In this document: one piece after another, positions 29,387 through 39,680 of the stretch
Numbering within the stretch: position 1 is the stretch's first letter
How the letters are laid out: every line of letters begins with the position of its first letter
Made by a program: the position numbers and the translations under genes
Notes under the pieces: generated by a model
Told to the model about the DNA's origin: nothing
Database searches by the model: none
What the model saw: only the letters and a program-made list of their open reading frames with translations
Origin: Nitrosopumilaceae archaeon
Lineage (GTDB): Archaea; Thermoproteota; Nitrososphaeria; Nitrososphaerales; Nitrosopumilaceae
Direction: 5' to 3'
Assembly (NCBI GenBank): GCA_965209085.1
Contig: OZ242376.1
Coordinates: 1,344,001-1,408,000 of the forward strand
Length of the DNA: 64,000 nt

Positions 29387-30520
29387 ATGTACGATGTGGT
29401 TGTGGCAGGAGGCAGTATAGCAGGCTTGTGCTGTGCAAGAGAGGCCGCCCTTGGAGGGTGCTCAGTATTGGTAATAGAGGACGATGCCGAAGTTGGAACT
29501 CCGGATCATTGCGGGGGTATGGTAAGCGTTTCTGCACTGCAACGGCTGCAGATTGCGCCAAGAATTAAAATGTCAAGCCACAAAATTCGCACTGCAAAAA
29601 TATTTTCACCTGCGGGTCATTCTGTAAACATCAATGCTAAAACACAGAATGTTGTATCCATCGACAGACGCGAGCTTGACAAAGAGATTGCACGTCAGGC
29701 ACAAAAAGCGGGAGCTGTAATACGCGTCAAAACAAAATATGTAGAACGCACACAGGATGGCATACGTGCAGGTTCTGAGGAAATTGCGTGCAAAGAGTTT
29801 GTGGACGCAAGGGGAATAGGACCGCTTGCAAAGAGCAATCCGTCAGGAACCATACCCTGCTGCCAGTGTGAAGTGCATGCAGACTGGATAGAATCAGGAA
29901 CTGTCGAAGTGTACGTGGATGCTGTAAAATATCCGGGATTTTTTGCATGGGTCATACCTGCAGGTGATGGACACGGCAAAGTCGGCGTGGCGGGAATTAA
30001 GATGGATCCTCTTGCAGAGATGGGAAGATTTATGCAGAAAAAAGGAACCCATTCCATAATACGCCGCATAGTATCACCGGTCTGGATAGGCGGACCGATA
30101 AAGGAATTTACAGATAAAAAATCAGTCATAGTAGGCGATGCTGCAGGACAGGCAAAACCCACAACCGCAGGCGGCATATTCTCGTGCGGTATGGGAGGCA
30201 TTATTGCAGGAAGAATGCTTGCAAGACGCACTCTTGAGGGTTCAGGTATGAAATCGTATCAAAAAGATTGGAATGCGATGTTTGGTGGAGAGTTTTCAAG
30301 GCAAATTTTAGCAAGAAAAATTCTCAGTACGCTGGATAATCCGACACTTGAAAAGCTGTTAAAAGCTGTAACACCAGAGATGGCAAAATCAGTTTCCAAG
30401 AATGATGATTTTGATTTTCATGCAGCTGCCATTGTAAAACTTTTAGGCGTAAAGGGTACTGTTAAAGCGGCAAGTACAGTTCTTGGCGGCAAGGCACGTG
30501 AAATTTTAGACAAGGTATAA
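29387..30520 (+). CDS. Geranylgeranyl reductase family flavoprotein
   Basis: N-terminal FAD site, P.HCGG, FAWVIP, GDAAGQ.KP.TAGGI. Confidence 0.85.
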   Translation: MYDVVVAGGSIAGLCCAREAALGGCSVLVIEDDAEVGTPDHCGGMVSVSALQRLQIAPRIKMSSHKIRTAKIFSPAGHSVNINAKTQNVVSIDRRELDKEIARQAQKAGAVIRVKTKYVERTQDGIRAGSEEIACKEFVDARGIGPLAKSNPSGTIPCCQCEVHADWIESGTVEVYVDAVKYPGFFAWVIPAGDGHGKVGVAGIKMDPLAEMGRFMQKKGTHSIIRRIVSPVWIGGPIKEFTDKKSVIVGDAAGQAKPTTAGGIFSCGMGGIIAGRMLARRTLEGSGMKSYQKDWNAMFGGEFSRQILARKILSTLDNPTLEKLLKAVTPEMAKSVSKNDDFDFHAAAIVKLLGVKGTVKAASTVLGGKAREILDKV

Positions 30521-30546
30521 ATTCAGTATTAGTCAATTTATAAAAG

Positions 30547-30723
30547 ATGTCAACGATAGTACTTCCCATTTGCGACTGTTGTGGCAGACACATAATGCCC
30601 AACGACAAGTGTGTAAAATTTGACTGTCCAAACTGCGGTCTAGTCGTGGTATGGAGATGTCAAAGCTGCAGAGTGGCAGCTAGAGCATATGTTTGCGAAT
30701 CATGTAAATTCGAGGGACCTTGA
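30547..30723 (+). CDS. Small Zn-ribbon protein (DUF1610/HVO_2753-like), 58 aa (absent from the ORF track)
   Basis: [58 protein letters not shown]; usual position upstream of EF-1beta. Confidence 0.88.
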   Translation: MSTIVLPICDCCGRHIMPNDKCVKFDCPNCGLVVVWRCQSCRVAARAYVCESCKFEGP

Positions 30724-31004
30724 TGGCACAGCTGCTCATTATCTCAAAGATTATGCCCACTGGAACTGAAACAGATCTTGATTCGGTAATGGAGGATGTA
30801 AAATCATCCCTTCATGATGGAATTACTCTAAAACGTTACGCAAAAGAACCTCTTGCATTTGGATTGTATTTTACAAAGGCAGAATTCATCGTTGAAGACA
30901 AAGAAGGACAGATGGATTCTCTTGAAAACACCGTAAAAGAGATCAAAGGTGTCGGAGGCTTTGAGGTGTTAAACATGAGCCGAATGTCCGTAGACATGAA
31001 ATAA
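30723..31004 (+). CDS. ef1b: Translation elongation factor 1-beta
   Basis: KIMP...DL and EPLAFGL motifs; size and context. Confidence 0.9.
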   Translation: MAQLLIISKIMPTGTETDLDSVMEDVKSSLHDGITLKRYAKEPLAFGLYFTKAEFIVEDKEGQMDSLENTVKEIKGVGGFEVLNMSRMSVDMK

Positions 31005-31024
31005 CATGGTGCAGTGTATGTGTC

Positions 31025-33199
31025 ATGACCAATGAACCACTACAAATGAAAATCGGGGAAGCAAAACAGCGAGATGTTGGAAAAAAACGCGCACGAATAG
31101 GTCCCGAAGCCATGGATTATTTAAAAACCACACCGGGGGACATTGTAGAAATTTCCGGTTCAAGTAAGACGTCTGCTGTGGTATGGCCTGCAGACGAGGA
31201 TGAAAAACACATGGAGGTAATCAGGATAGATGGTCAGCTGCGAAAGAATCTTGGGGTATCTCTCAATGATACTGTCACCATAACAAAAGCTATCTCAAAA
31301 ACGGCAAATTCGGTAACACTAGTTCCAGTTACAGATGTAGTTACAGTGGATAAAGAATTTACAGATTTTGTAAAAAACCGTCTAAAGGGTTTGCCGCTTT
31401 CTCATGGGGATGAGATATCCGTGACGATACTTGGAAATTCCATGTCTTTTCAGATAGTAAAATGCACTCCAAAGGCAATAGTAAAGATAGATCATTCAAC
31501 CACGCTGCACATATTAGAAGATGCCGTGCAAAACGACAGACAGCGTGTCACGTATGAAGAAGTTGGAGGTCTGACCGACAAAATAAAGGCCATGAGGGAA
31601 ATCGTAGAAATTCCACTCCGTCACCCCGAATTGTTTGCAAGTCTTGGCGTTGATGCGCACAGCGGCATACTTTTGTACGGACCTCCAGGCTGCGGTAAGA
31701 CACTCATAGCAAAGGTACTTGCAAGCGAATCGGATGCAAATATGTACATGATAAACGGTCCTGAAATAATAAACAAGTATTACGGTGAAACAGAAGCCAA
31801 ACTGCGCGAGATATTCAAAGAGGCAAAGGATAATTCGCCTAGCATAATATTCATAGACGAGATGGATGCGATTGCACCAAAACGTGAAGAGGTATACGGT
31901 GATGTGGAAAAGAGGGTGGTGGCACAGCTTCTCGCACTCATGGACGGTTTAACTGACAGGGGCAACGTCATAGTTTTGGGAGCTACAAACAGACGAGACA
32001 GTATAGATCCGGCTCTTAGGCGTCCTGGCAGATTTGACCGAGAAGTCGAAATTACAGTACCAGATGATGATGGCAGATACGAAGTGTTGCAGATACATAC
32101 TAGAGGCATGCCTATTGCAAAAAGTGTCGACCTAAAGGATTTGGCATCAGACCTGCACGGATATACTGGAGCGGACATAAAATCGCTGTGCAGGGAAGCT
32201 GCGATAAAATCAATACGTCGCTATATTCCACAGATAGATTTGGAGACTGAAAAGATACCATACGGGGTTTTACAATCCATAGAGATAAAGATTATTGATT
32301 TTTACGATGCCATGCGCGAGGTAGTACCCACGGTAATGCGGGAATTTTACGTAGAACGTCCAAAGATATGGTGGGATGACATCGGAGGTCTTGATGATAC
32401 CAAAATGTCGCTGACCGACAACATTATACTTGCCATGAAGGATCCTGACAAATTTCACCGTATGGGAATACAGCCGCCCCGCGGCGCCCTCATATACGGT
32501 CCTCCAGGATGCGGTAAATCACTTGTAGCTAGGGCAGTGGCAGCTGAGAGTAATGCAAACATGATACTAGTAAAAGGTCCTGAGATATTATCAAAATGGG
32601 TCGGAGAATCAGAGAAAGCAATAAGGGAAATATTTCGCAAAGCTGCAATATCTTCCCCGTGTGTTGTGATATTAGACGAGATAGATTCGCTGGCAGGAAT
32701 ACGCCAGAGTGAGGATGGGGTCAACAGCGGTTCTGCAAGGCCGGTGCTTGGCCAGCTGCTCACGGAAATAGAGGATGTGTCATCTAACAGGGTTGCAGTG
32801 ATAGGTATAACAAACAGACCGGACATGCTTGATTCAGCCATGCTCAGAACCGGAAGGCTTGATCTTTCACTGTATGTAGCTCCCCCCGACGAGAAAGGCA
32901 GGCTAGAGATTATAAAAATAATTACCCGCAACATGCCACTTGCCGATGATGTAAATTTTACAGAGATTGCAATATCCACGCAAAATTATACGGGTGCGGA
33001 TCTTGCATCACTGTGCAGGGAAGCTGGAATATTAGCCATGAAGGCAGAATCAAAATCCATCCGCAGTACCGACTTTGCATCAGCACTCAAGAAAATAAAT
33101 CCGTCAATAACACCGGATGTTGAAAAATGGTATGCAGACATGCAAAAAAATATGTCAAACGCCCTTCCAAAGCCTTTAGATAAGCCGTTTTACCGCTGA
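31025..33199 (+). CDS. cdc48: CDC48/VCP-family AAA+ ATPase
   Basis: N-domain plus two AAA modules (GPPGCGKT, GPPGCGKS; DPALRRPGRFDRE). Confidence 0.95.
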   Translation: MTNEPLQMKIGEAKQRDVGKKRARIGPEAMDYLKTTPGDIVEISGSSKTSAVVWPADEDEKHMEVIRIDGQLRKNLGVSLNDTVTITKAISKTANSVTLVPVTDVVTVDKEFTDFVKNRLKGLPLSHGDEISVTILGNSMSFQIVKCTPKAIVKIDHSTTLHILEDAVQNDRQRVTYEEVGGLTDKIKAMREIVEIPLRHPELFASLGVDAHSGILLYGPPGCGKTLIAKVLASESDANMYMINGPEIINKYYGETEAKLREIFKEAKDNSPSIIFIDEMDAIAPKREEVYGDVEKRVVAQLLALMDGLTDRGNVIVLGATNRRDSIDPALRRPGRFDREVEITVPDDDGRYEVLQIHTRGMPIAKSVDLKDLASDLHGYTGADIKSLCREAAIKSIRRYIPQIDLETEKIPYGVLQSIEIKIIDFYDAMREVVPTVMREFYVERPKIWWDDIGGLDDTKMSLTDNIILAMKDPDKFHRMGIQPPRGALIYGPPGCGKSLVARAVAAESNANMILVKGPEILSKWVGESEKAIREIFRKAAISSPCVVILDEIDSLAGIRQSEDGVNSGSARPVLGQLLTEIEDVSSNRVAVIGITNRPDMLDSAMLRTGRLDLSLYVAPPDEKGRLEIIKIITRNMPLADDVNFTEIAISTQNYTGADLASLCREAGILAMKAESKSIRSTDFASALKKINPSITPDVEKWYADMQKNMSNALPKPLDKPFYR

Positions 33200-33206
33200 A
33201 TGTCAC

Positions 33207-33497
33207 ATGCCGTTGCCAATAAAGCATACCGTGTTTGACATTATAGAAAAGGCAAAATCTCTTACAGATTCTGAACTTGAAAAAGTACTCATAAAAAACA
33301 GCATAATCATACCCAAAGACATATTCAATAAAATACTTTTAGATTTGGAGATAATGGGTAAGGTTAGCGTTACATGGCTCTCAAAGGATGCAAGAAGGAT
33401 AGAGGTTATCGAGACCCAATACGAGGTCGACGAAGTGGAGCAGGAAAATGTCAAAGCTACAGAACGTGATTATGAGGCAAGTTTTCCCGGAACCTAG
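33207..33497 (+). CDS. Hypothetical winged-helix-like protein downstream of cdc48
   Basis: FNKILLDLEI.G.V.V.W pattern; acidic tail. Confidence 0.7.
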   Translation: MPLPIKHTVFDIIEKAKSLTDSELEKVLIKNSIIIPKDIFNKILLDLEIMGKVSVTWLSKDARRIEVIETQYEVDEVEQENVKATERDYEASFPGT

Positions 33498-34372
33498 ATT
33501 CTTATGTGAAATGCAGCATCCAATGCAACTCCTGCGAATATTATTACAAGATATGGTGCAGTTACTTTGTAAGCTTTCCACGCAAACTCAGAAGTTGGAT
33601 TTTGTACCAACTTGTAATGGTATACAAGCATCAATCCGCCAGATACTGCTGCAATTACAAGATAAACTAGACCAAGTCCAAATGCGTACAGTACAAGTGA
33701 ATACGGCAAAAGCAACGCAGTGTTAACTAGTATGTATTTTGAGGTTTTGTGCATTCCTATAACCACCGGCAGCATTGGAATCTTGGCTGCTGCATAATCG
33801 TCTCTGATCTTCATGGCAAGACACCAAAAATGTGACGGAGTCCACGCAAAAACCAAAAATCCCACCAAAATTCCAAGAATGTTGATCGAGCCATCCGCTG
33901 CTGCCCATCCGGCCATCGAGGCGGCACTGCCGGCAAATCCGCCTATTACGATGTTTGATGTGTGTCGACGTTTGAGCCATACTGTGTATATTATTACATA
34001 AAAGAACACTCCAAGCGCGGTAAAAAATGCAGTGAGTGGATTTAATGCAAAATATGCGTATATCACGGATGCACAGCTTGCAGCAAGCCCATATGCTAGC
34101 ACTACTGTCGGTGAGATGCTGCCAGATGGTATGGGTCGTTTGCTAGTTCTAGTCATAATCAGATCTATATCCTTGTCATAATAGTGGTTGAGCGCGCTAG
34201 AGCCTGCAGATGCAACTGCACCCACTATGATAATGTTCAAGTATGCAGCATAATTTGGTGAATCCGGCATTACATACAGCGTTTCGGCAGCATACAGTGA
34301 CGTAACTGCCGTAATTACCAACAGTATCACTATGCGCGGTTTCGAGACCTCTAGTATCTGAGCAAGCACCAA
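33494..34372 (-). CDS. ctaB: Protoheme IX farnesyltransferase (heme o synthase)
   Basis: KPRIV.LL, D.DID..M.RT..RPIPSG, YT..LKR, WTPSHFW.LA. Confidence 0.93.
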   Translation of the reverse strand: MVLAQILEVSKPRIVILLVITAVTSLYAAETLYVMPDSPNYAAYLNIIIVGAVASAGSSALNHYYDKDIDLIMTRTSKRPIPSGSISPTVVLAYGLAASCASVIYAYFALNPLTAFFTALGVFFYVIIYTVWLKRRHTSNIVIGGFAGSAASMAGWAAADGSINILGILVGFLVFAWTPSHFWCLAMKIRDDYAAAKIPMLPVVIGMHKTSKYILVNTALLLPYSLVLYAFGLGLVYLVIAAVSGGLMLVYHYKLVQNPTSEFAWKAYKVTAPYLVIIFAGVALDAAFHIRI

Positions 34373-34450
34373 GGAAATTTATGAATATATCGGGATTTTT
34401 AACTCTATAGTACTCCCGTTTTAGGGATCGTATGGCGTGTTCAATCCACG

Positions 34451-34547
34451 CATATTCGGTATGAGGTCAGCACCTCGTGCTATTTTGTGCATACATATTC
34501 ATTTATTGCATAAATTCTAGGCATGATGTGACCTCGCACCATATTCG
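34451..34547. repeat. Palindromic 81-bp element flanked by CATATTCG direct repeats (MITE-like or structured RNA)
   Basis: CATATTCG at 34451-58 and 34540-47; arms GGTATGAGGTCA / TGACCTCGCACC; concentric inner stem TTTGTGCA / TGCATAAA. Confidence 0.5.
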
Positions 34548-34586
34548 TTTACAAAGGGTTAATTATTACGCCTAGTGAGGGCGGTT

Positions 34587-35372
34587 ATGAGTAACTGGGA
34601 TTTAATGATGCCCGGAATGGGTCTTACAGCCATAGGTCTTGCAGGAGTTGTCATATCCTATTCAGGAGTGGCTCACACGTTCTTAGACGGTATGCACTCT
34701 CTGACCGGACTTACCATGTTTATAGGACTGATCTTTTTGGCAGCTGGAATATTACAGGGCGGTGTATCCACTAGCAACAAGGCAAAGGCCACAGTTTTAG
34801 TCATACTTTCAATATCACTGGCATTTGGAACTGCCGGACTGATATACAACACGATAAGCACGGTTCCACTCTTTGCTGGGATTATGATGATTATTGTAGT
34901 ACCTGCAATTATCATAGCGTATGTATCTACAAAGATGCCAGCGTACGCGCGCGCCATGTCGATAATATTTATACTTGCGGCAGTGGCAGGGATAAGTTCG
35001 TTTACAGCGTTTGGTTATATTGGTCCATCACCGTATCTTGTAGAAGAGACCGTGGTGGCAGAACCCATACCAGAAATTCCCCAGGGTCGGGCATTTGCAA
35101 TATCCATACTAGCAGGTTCCGCCCAGCAGGGCAATCCAGACTATGATCCAGAAAACGCAGTTGTTCCATCAGGTGAGATCATAAAATGGTCAAACGACGA
35201 CGATATTGTTCACACGGTAACTAGTACAAAGGATGTTGGGGAATCATTTGATTCAGGATTAATCTCGCCCGGTAGCGAGTATCTGCTTGATCCGTCAATA
35301 CTTGAATCCAAAGCGTATGACTATCTTTGCATAGTACATCCGTGGATGAGTGCCTCTTTTACAATCGAATAA
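34587..35372 (+). CDS. Multi-pass membrane protein with C-terminal cupredoxin (type-1 Cu) domain
   Basis: About 5 TM helices, then W.N.D...HTVT and Y.CIVHPWM. Confidence 0.88.
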   Translation: MSNWDLMMPGMGLTAIGLAGVVISYSGVAHTFLDGMHSLTGLTMFIGLIFLAAGILQGGVSTSNKAKATVLVILSISLAFGTAGLIYNTISTVPLFAGIMMIIVVPAIIIAYVSTKMPAYARAMSIIFILAAVAGISSFTAFGYIGPSPYLVEETVVAEPIPEIPQGRAFAISILAGSAQQGNPDYDPENAVVPSGEIIKWSNDDDIVHTVTSTKDVGESFDSGLISPGSEYLLDPSILESKAYDYLCIVHPWMSASFTIE

Positions 35373-35788
35373 TGTTGACAGATTACATATTGTTAAATGA
35401 GTCACATACAAAAAAAATGTCAGATCATGCCAAAAACTCTCTTCCAAATGAGGCATGTGCCATTTTACTTGGTGATGTAGATGGCAGAGGTGTCATTCTA
35501 AAAGAAACGGTCATGGTAGAGAATGCGGATGCATCACCTGTTGAATTTTCCATAAATCCAGATCAATTATTCAGCACATATGCAAAGGCTGAAAAAGATG
35601 GTCTAAAGGTAATCGGAATATTTCATTCGCATCCAGTATCAGAAGCTGAGCCATCAGAGATGGATAAGAAATTTATGATGATAAATCCAGGAGTGTGGCT
35701 CATTTATTCCCAATCTAGCGGAAAATTTGCAGCATACGGCATCGATAGCGATAAAGCAGTGTATAAAATTTACATTCGTATGCATTAG
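35372..35788 (+). CDS. JAMM/MPN+ (M67) metallopeptidase
   Basis: PNEACA.L.G and FHSHP..A.PS..D. Confidence 0.9.
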   Translation: MLTDYILLNESHTKKMSDHAKNSLPNEACAILLGDVDGRGVILKETVMVENADASPVEFSINPDQLFSTYAKAEKDGLKVIGIFHSHPVSEAEPSEMDKKFMMINPGVWLIYSQSSGKFAAYGIDSDKAVYKIYIRMH

Positions 35789-35824
35789 ATTGGTTTTTTA
35801 CCAAGACGCAAAAATAATTTCCAC

Positions 35825-36649
35825 ATGACTGAATCAATATCTGCAACATCAGCTTTGGTTCTGCTAATGGGCAGAGAATATTATGCCGGCGGATATGCAA
35901 AAAAATTTCTGAATTTGGTAAATTTGGATTCAGGTCTTGCCATGAAAAAACTCTCCGACAAGGTTTGGCCAAACTATGGGGAAATTGTTAAAAATCGCAA
36001 AGACTCCGTATACAGAACAATAACAGGCAGTTGTGATAAAATCGATCAGGTGGTTATTTTGGCATCAGGATACGATGCACAGGCTTTGAACGTTGCAGAA
36101 AAAAATAAGGGAATTTCGATATTCGAGGTCGACATACACAACATGGATGAAAAATCCGCCAGATACGACAGTATGGATATGGGGGAAATGCGCAAACGCG
36201 TGTCCGCTGTAACGTGTGATATAACATCAGGGAGTCTTTTTGTAAAACTAGAGAATGCTGGCTGGAACAGTCAAAAACCCACGGTAATAGTGGCAGAAGG
36301 TATTAGCTATTATCTAAGATACGAGCAGTTTTGGGATCTTGTATCGCAGTTTTCCTCTGAAAATTCCCACAACCGCATGGTGGTAGACTATATGGTGCCG
36401 ATGTACAAGATGGATTCAGAAAACAGTGCAAGGATGTCAGGCGTGTTTAAAATAATATGCGATAGTGTGGATATGGATTTTTTGACCGTATACGAGTATG
36501 AAAATATGCACAAACGCATACTTGGACTTGGTGGAAGGCCCATATCACATGAAACGCTTCACATGATGGAGCTTGCGCGCACCGGAAAGAGTACGTATTT
36601 TGATCAAAGTTCACGCGGGGGCATAGAAACGTGTTCTTTTGACATATGA
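35825..36649 (+). CDS. SAM-dependent methyltransferase (leucine carboxyl methyltransferase-like)
   Basis: QVVILASGYD, FEVD, PT...AEG..YYL. Confidence 0.8.
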   Translation: MTESISATSALVLLMGREYYAGGYAKKFLNLVNLDSGLAMKKLSDKVWPNYGEIVKNRKDSVYRTITGSCDKIDQVVILASGYDAQALNVAEKNKGISIFEVDIHNMDEKSARYDSMDMGEMRKRVSAVTCDITSGSLFVKLENAGWNSQKPTVIVAEGISYYLRYEQFWDLVSQFSSENSHNRMVVDYMVPMYKMDSENSARMSGVFKIICDSVDMDFLTVYEYENMHKRILGLGGRPISHETLHMMELARTGKSTYFDQSSRGGIETCSFDI

Positions 36650-36650
36650 T

Positions 36651-37463
36651 ATGGCATATATGCGGATTACTGACGATATAGTTATGCTGACTGTAATTCC
36701 GATCAAGGCTGCAAGAGAGCGCGGCGTGTTTAATCTCTTTGATGCCATAACTACATCTCTTGCAAAGTCTAGCTCAAATTTGCAAAACGGAGACATTTTG
36801 GTTATATCCACAAAATACGTCTCGTATTCGCAGGGCAGATGCATACCGCTTGATGATGTGGTATGCTCGCAAGATGGCAGGACACTTGGGGAAAAATACG
36901 GACTTGGTGAGAATATGGCAGAAACAATACTGCGTGAGTCAGATGTAATATTTGGCGGCGTTCGAGGTTTTGTAATGGCAGCATGTGGGAAAATTCTTGC
37001 ACCAAATGCTGGAATCGACATGTCAAATTCGGATAAAAAAAATGCAATTTTGTATCCAGTAAATCCGTATGCTGTAGCAGAACAGATACGCCGCATGATA
37101 TTTTTAAAATGGTCCGTGCATACGGGTATCATACTTTCAGACAGCAGACTAGCTCCAGTAAGGGCAGGAACCACCGGCGTGGCAATCTCTTGTTCGGGAA
37201 TATCACCCACCGAAGATAAAAGAGGCACCATGGATCTGGACGGCAGGCCGCTGCTTGTTACAGCACAGGCAACAGCTGACAATATTGCCACAATTGCAAA
37301 TCATATGATGGGCGAGGGGGCAGAGTCCACCCCTCTGGCAATAGTCAGAAATTCAGGAGCTAAGATGACCGGTAAAAGAGCAAACCCGGATACTGCTGCA
37401 GTATCGTATGAGAAATGCCTCTATATGCGGGCATTGAGATCAGATAATGCTCAGAGCGTATGA
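36651..37463 (+). CDS. Second CofE-family (F420:glutamyl ligase-like) protein; start may be 36684
   Basis: DILVISTKYVS, PNAGID.SN, DSR..P.R.GT, MGEGAES.P. Confidence 0.8.
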   Translation: MAYMRITDDIVMLTVIPIKAARERGVFNLFDAITTSLAKSSSNLQNGDILVISTKYVSYSQGRCIPLDDVVCSQDGRTLGEKYGLGENMAETILRESDVIFGGVRGFVMAACGKILAPNAGIDMSNSDKKNAILYPVNPYAVAEQIRRMIFLKWSVHTGIILSDSRLAPVRAGTTGVAISCSGISPTEDKRGTMDLDGRPLLVTAQATADNIATIANHMMGEGAESTPLAIVRNSGAKMTGKRANPDTAAVSYEKCLYMRALRSDNAQSV

Positions 37464-37591
37464 ATTTAACATGTAATAATAATATTTTGGGTCTAGATCT
37501 TAATTTTTCGTATAAATTATAGGCACGGGCAAACTCGTGCGTCAAAGCAACAAAACGTATTAAATATAACCAAAATTTGCTTTTAGAATGA

Positions 37592-38143
37592 ATGGATTAC
37601 GATACTAGATACCCAAAAACCATAAAGTGCGACAATGGCAAAAAAACAAGGGTAAAAATAAACAAAGACGAGGTCGAACACCTTCATCTAGTGGTGCGTA
37701 AAAACATCGATGAACTTGTAAACATGTTCAAAAAAGAGGGGTTTACCGGAGTAAAATTTGAACATAAAAAAGTTGCGCAGATAGGCAAGGGTCTTAATTT
37801 AAAACTCAAAAGACCATGGGAGATGCATATAAGATTTATCGACATGAAGAAGGGACTTGTAGCTATACAGGGGGAAGTCGAAGTTTCCAGGGATTATCTG
37901 CAGCACCTGTTCTGCCAAAGCACGCCTGTCATATACGAGATTGAAAACGTACTCAAGAAAAATCTGATAGACTACCGCGTGTGGAATTCAAGAATTGGCA
38001 GCTATATCAGCTCCGTTTTGGACAATTATTCCATAAAATTGGCAAAACCAAACATACCAGTGTTTGCATGGAAACCCATGGTATACGTCATAGGATGCAT
38101 TGGAACGTTGTATCTGTGCAGATATCTTTTGAGAGTATCCTAA
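37592..38143 (+). CDS. Hypothetical protein with C-terminal hydrophobic helix
   Basis: PWEMHIR, EVEVSRDY.QHL; TATA-like sequence upstream. Confidence 0.7.
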   Translation: MDYDTRYPKTIKCDNGKKTRVKINKDEVEHLHLVVRKNIDELVNMFKKEGFTGVKFEHKKVAQIGKGLNLKLKRPWEMHIRFIDMKKGLVAIQGEVEVSRDYLQHLFCQSTPVIYEIENVLKKNLIDYRVWNSRIGSYISSVLDNYSIKLAKPNIPVFAWKPMVYVIGCIGTLYLCRYLLRVS

Positions 38144-38181
38144 TAGAAATTTTAATTACACACGGTGCAAACCGTTGCATC

Positions 38182-38727
38182 ATGGAAAAAAGCTCGCAAA
38201 TTCTAATGATGCATTATGGAATCTCCCCATGGGAGCTTGAAGTTGCATATGGTATATTTTCCAAAAAATTTGCCGTTGAACAAAAAGACATTGAATACGA
38301 CGGCGAGGAATATTCCAGCATACTCCAGATAGACATACCTGTGGTTTTTGGAGACATGTTTTTTGACTGGTTTGGGCGCAAGGAATGGGATAGGATGAAA
38401 TTCCTCCTAAAGGAGATGAAACGCAGAAGGGGCGGCAGAAAGGCGATAAAGACGGTTGTAAATTTTGCCGGAGAGCCGACAATACGGTTTATAGTTGACG
38501 CACAAGACCGCGATTGGTACAACAATGCCGTAGAGAAAATGGATTTTATGACAGAGCTCATACAGCATCATTTGGCCGAGGGTGAGATACCCAAAGGGGC
38601 GGAGAGTGTAACGTACAGGTATGATGAAAAAACAAAAAAATGGTCCATACAGGAGGCGGTTGCAGACGGGTGTGAATTTATTAAAAAAAATGGCTCGTGG
38701 ACAAAAATAATTCCAGCAGAAGACTAG
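38182..38727 (+). CDS. Hypothetical protein
   Basis: Protein-like from MEKSS; LKEMKRRRG motif. Confidence 0.7.
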   Translation: MEKSSQILMMHYGISPWELEVAYGIFSKKFAVEQKDIEYDGEEYSSILQIDIPVVFGDMFFDWFGRKEWDRMKFLLKEMKRRRGGRKAIKTVVNFAGEPTIRFIVDAQDRDWYNNAVEKMDFMTELIQHHLAEGEIPKGAESVTYRYDEKTKKWSIQEAVADGCEFIKKNGSWTKIIPAED

Positions 38728-39680
38728 ACTTGCAGCGAATCAAGTATGTCCTGTGCAACCTCAACTGGCCTGCCCTCAGAGGATATCTGCTGTTCTGCTG
38801 GAGGATTGTCCTCGTAGCCTGGTATGTTATCGCCCATACGGCTTACAAACGGACGGGCCGTATTGTTTTTGTAAAATATTCCCACGGGTATTTTATCATC
38901 CCATTCTAATGATTTTGTAACGGCCATTCCCATCTTTTCGTTTATTTGATCTTCACGGTTTACGTTGCCATCGTACCCGACATCATCTAGCCGGTATATG
39001 CGCGAGTGCCTCTCTGTAGCCTCTGATGCAAGATCCTCTCCGGCATACCACTCACGTGTATTCACGTCATTATACGTGGGGCAGGGCTGCAGTACGTCCA
39101 AAAATGACGTACCCTTGTGCTGCACGGCAGAAATTATCAGATCCTTTAGATGTCTAACGTCGTACGAGTATCCCCTTGCCACGAACGTAAAACCGCTTGC
39201 CACGGCAAGTCCGATTGGGTTTACTGCATAATTTGGATTTGGTACCGCAAGTGATTTTGTCTTTTCTCCAAGTTTTAACGTGGGCGAGGCCTGCCCTTTG
39301 GTAAGTCCGTATACTCCGTTGTTGAATATAATGTATGTAATATCCACGTTACGCCGTCCTGCCGCAACAAAGTGTCCGGCACCTATTCCCAGTCCGTCAC
39401 CATCCCCGCCTGCGGCCAAAACTGTAAGATTTGGATTTGCAAGTTTTGCCCCCTGTGCAAACGTCAAAACCCTGCCGTGCAGCGTGTGCACGCCGTAGAC
39501 GTTTACAAAATGGGAAGTCTTTCCAGAGCATCCTATGCCGGTAAAAAGGGCAGTTTTATGTCTAGGCAATCCCATCTCGGCCAGCGCCATTTGTATTGAA
39601 TTTACAATTCCAAAGTCGCCGCATCCTGGACACCAGTCGTTGTGTACATTGGTTTTAAATTCGGACAGTTTAGACGCCAT
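38724..39680 (-). CDS. 2-oxoacid:ferredoxin oxidoreductase beta subunit
   Basis: WCPGCGDFG, GIGCS, TPP motif GDGD...NN, LQPCPTYN. Confidence 0.95.
   Translation of the reverse strand: MASKLSEFKTNVHNDWCPGCGDFGIVNSIQMALAEMGLPRHKTALFTGIGCSGKTSHFVNVYGVHTLHGRVLTFAQGAKLANPNLTVLAAGGDGDGLGIGAGHFVAAGRRNVDITYIIFNNGVYGLTKGQASPTLKLGEKTKSLAVPNPNYAVNPIGLAVASGFTFVARGYSYDVRHLKDLIISAVQHKGTSFLDVLQPCPTYNDVNTREWYAGEDLASEATERHSRIYRLDDVGYDGNVNREDQINEKMGMAVTKSLEWDDKIPVGIFYKNNTARPFVSRMGDNIPGYEDNPPAEQQISSEGRPVEVAQDILDSLQV

Noticed and set aside
37523-37540. Small hairpin GCACGGG-CAAA-CTCGTGC
   Set aside because: Only a 7-bp stem with no T-tract or other support
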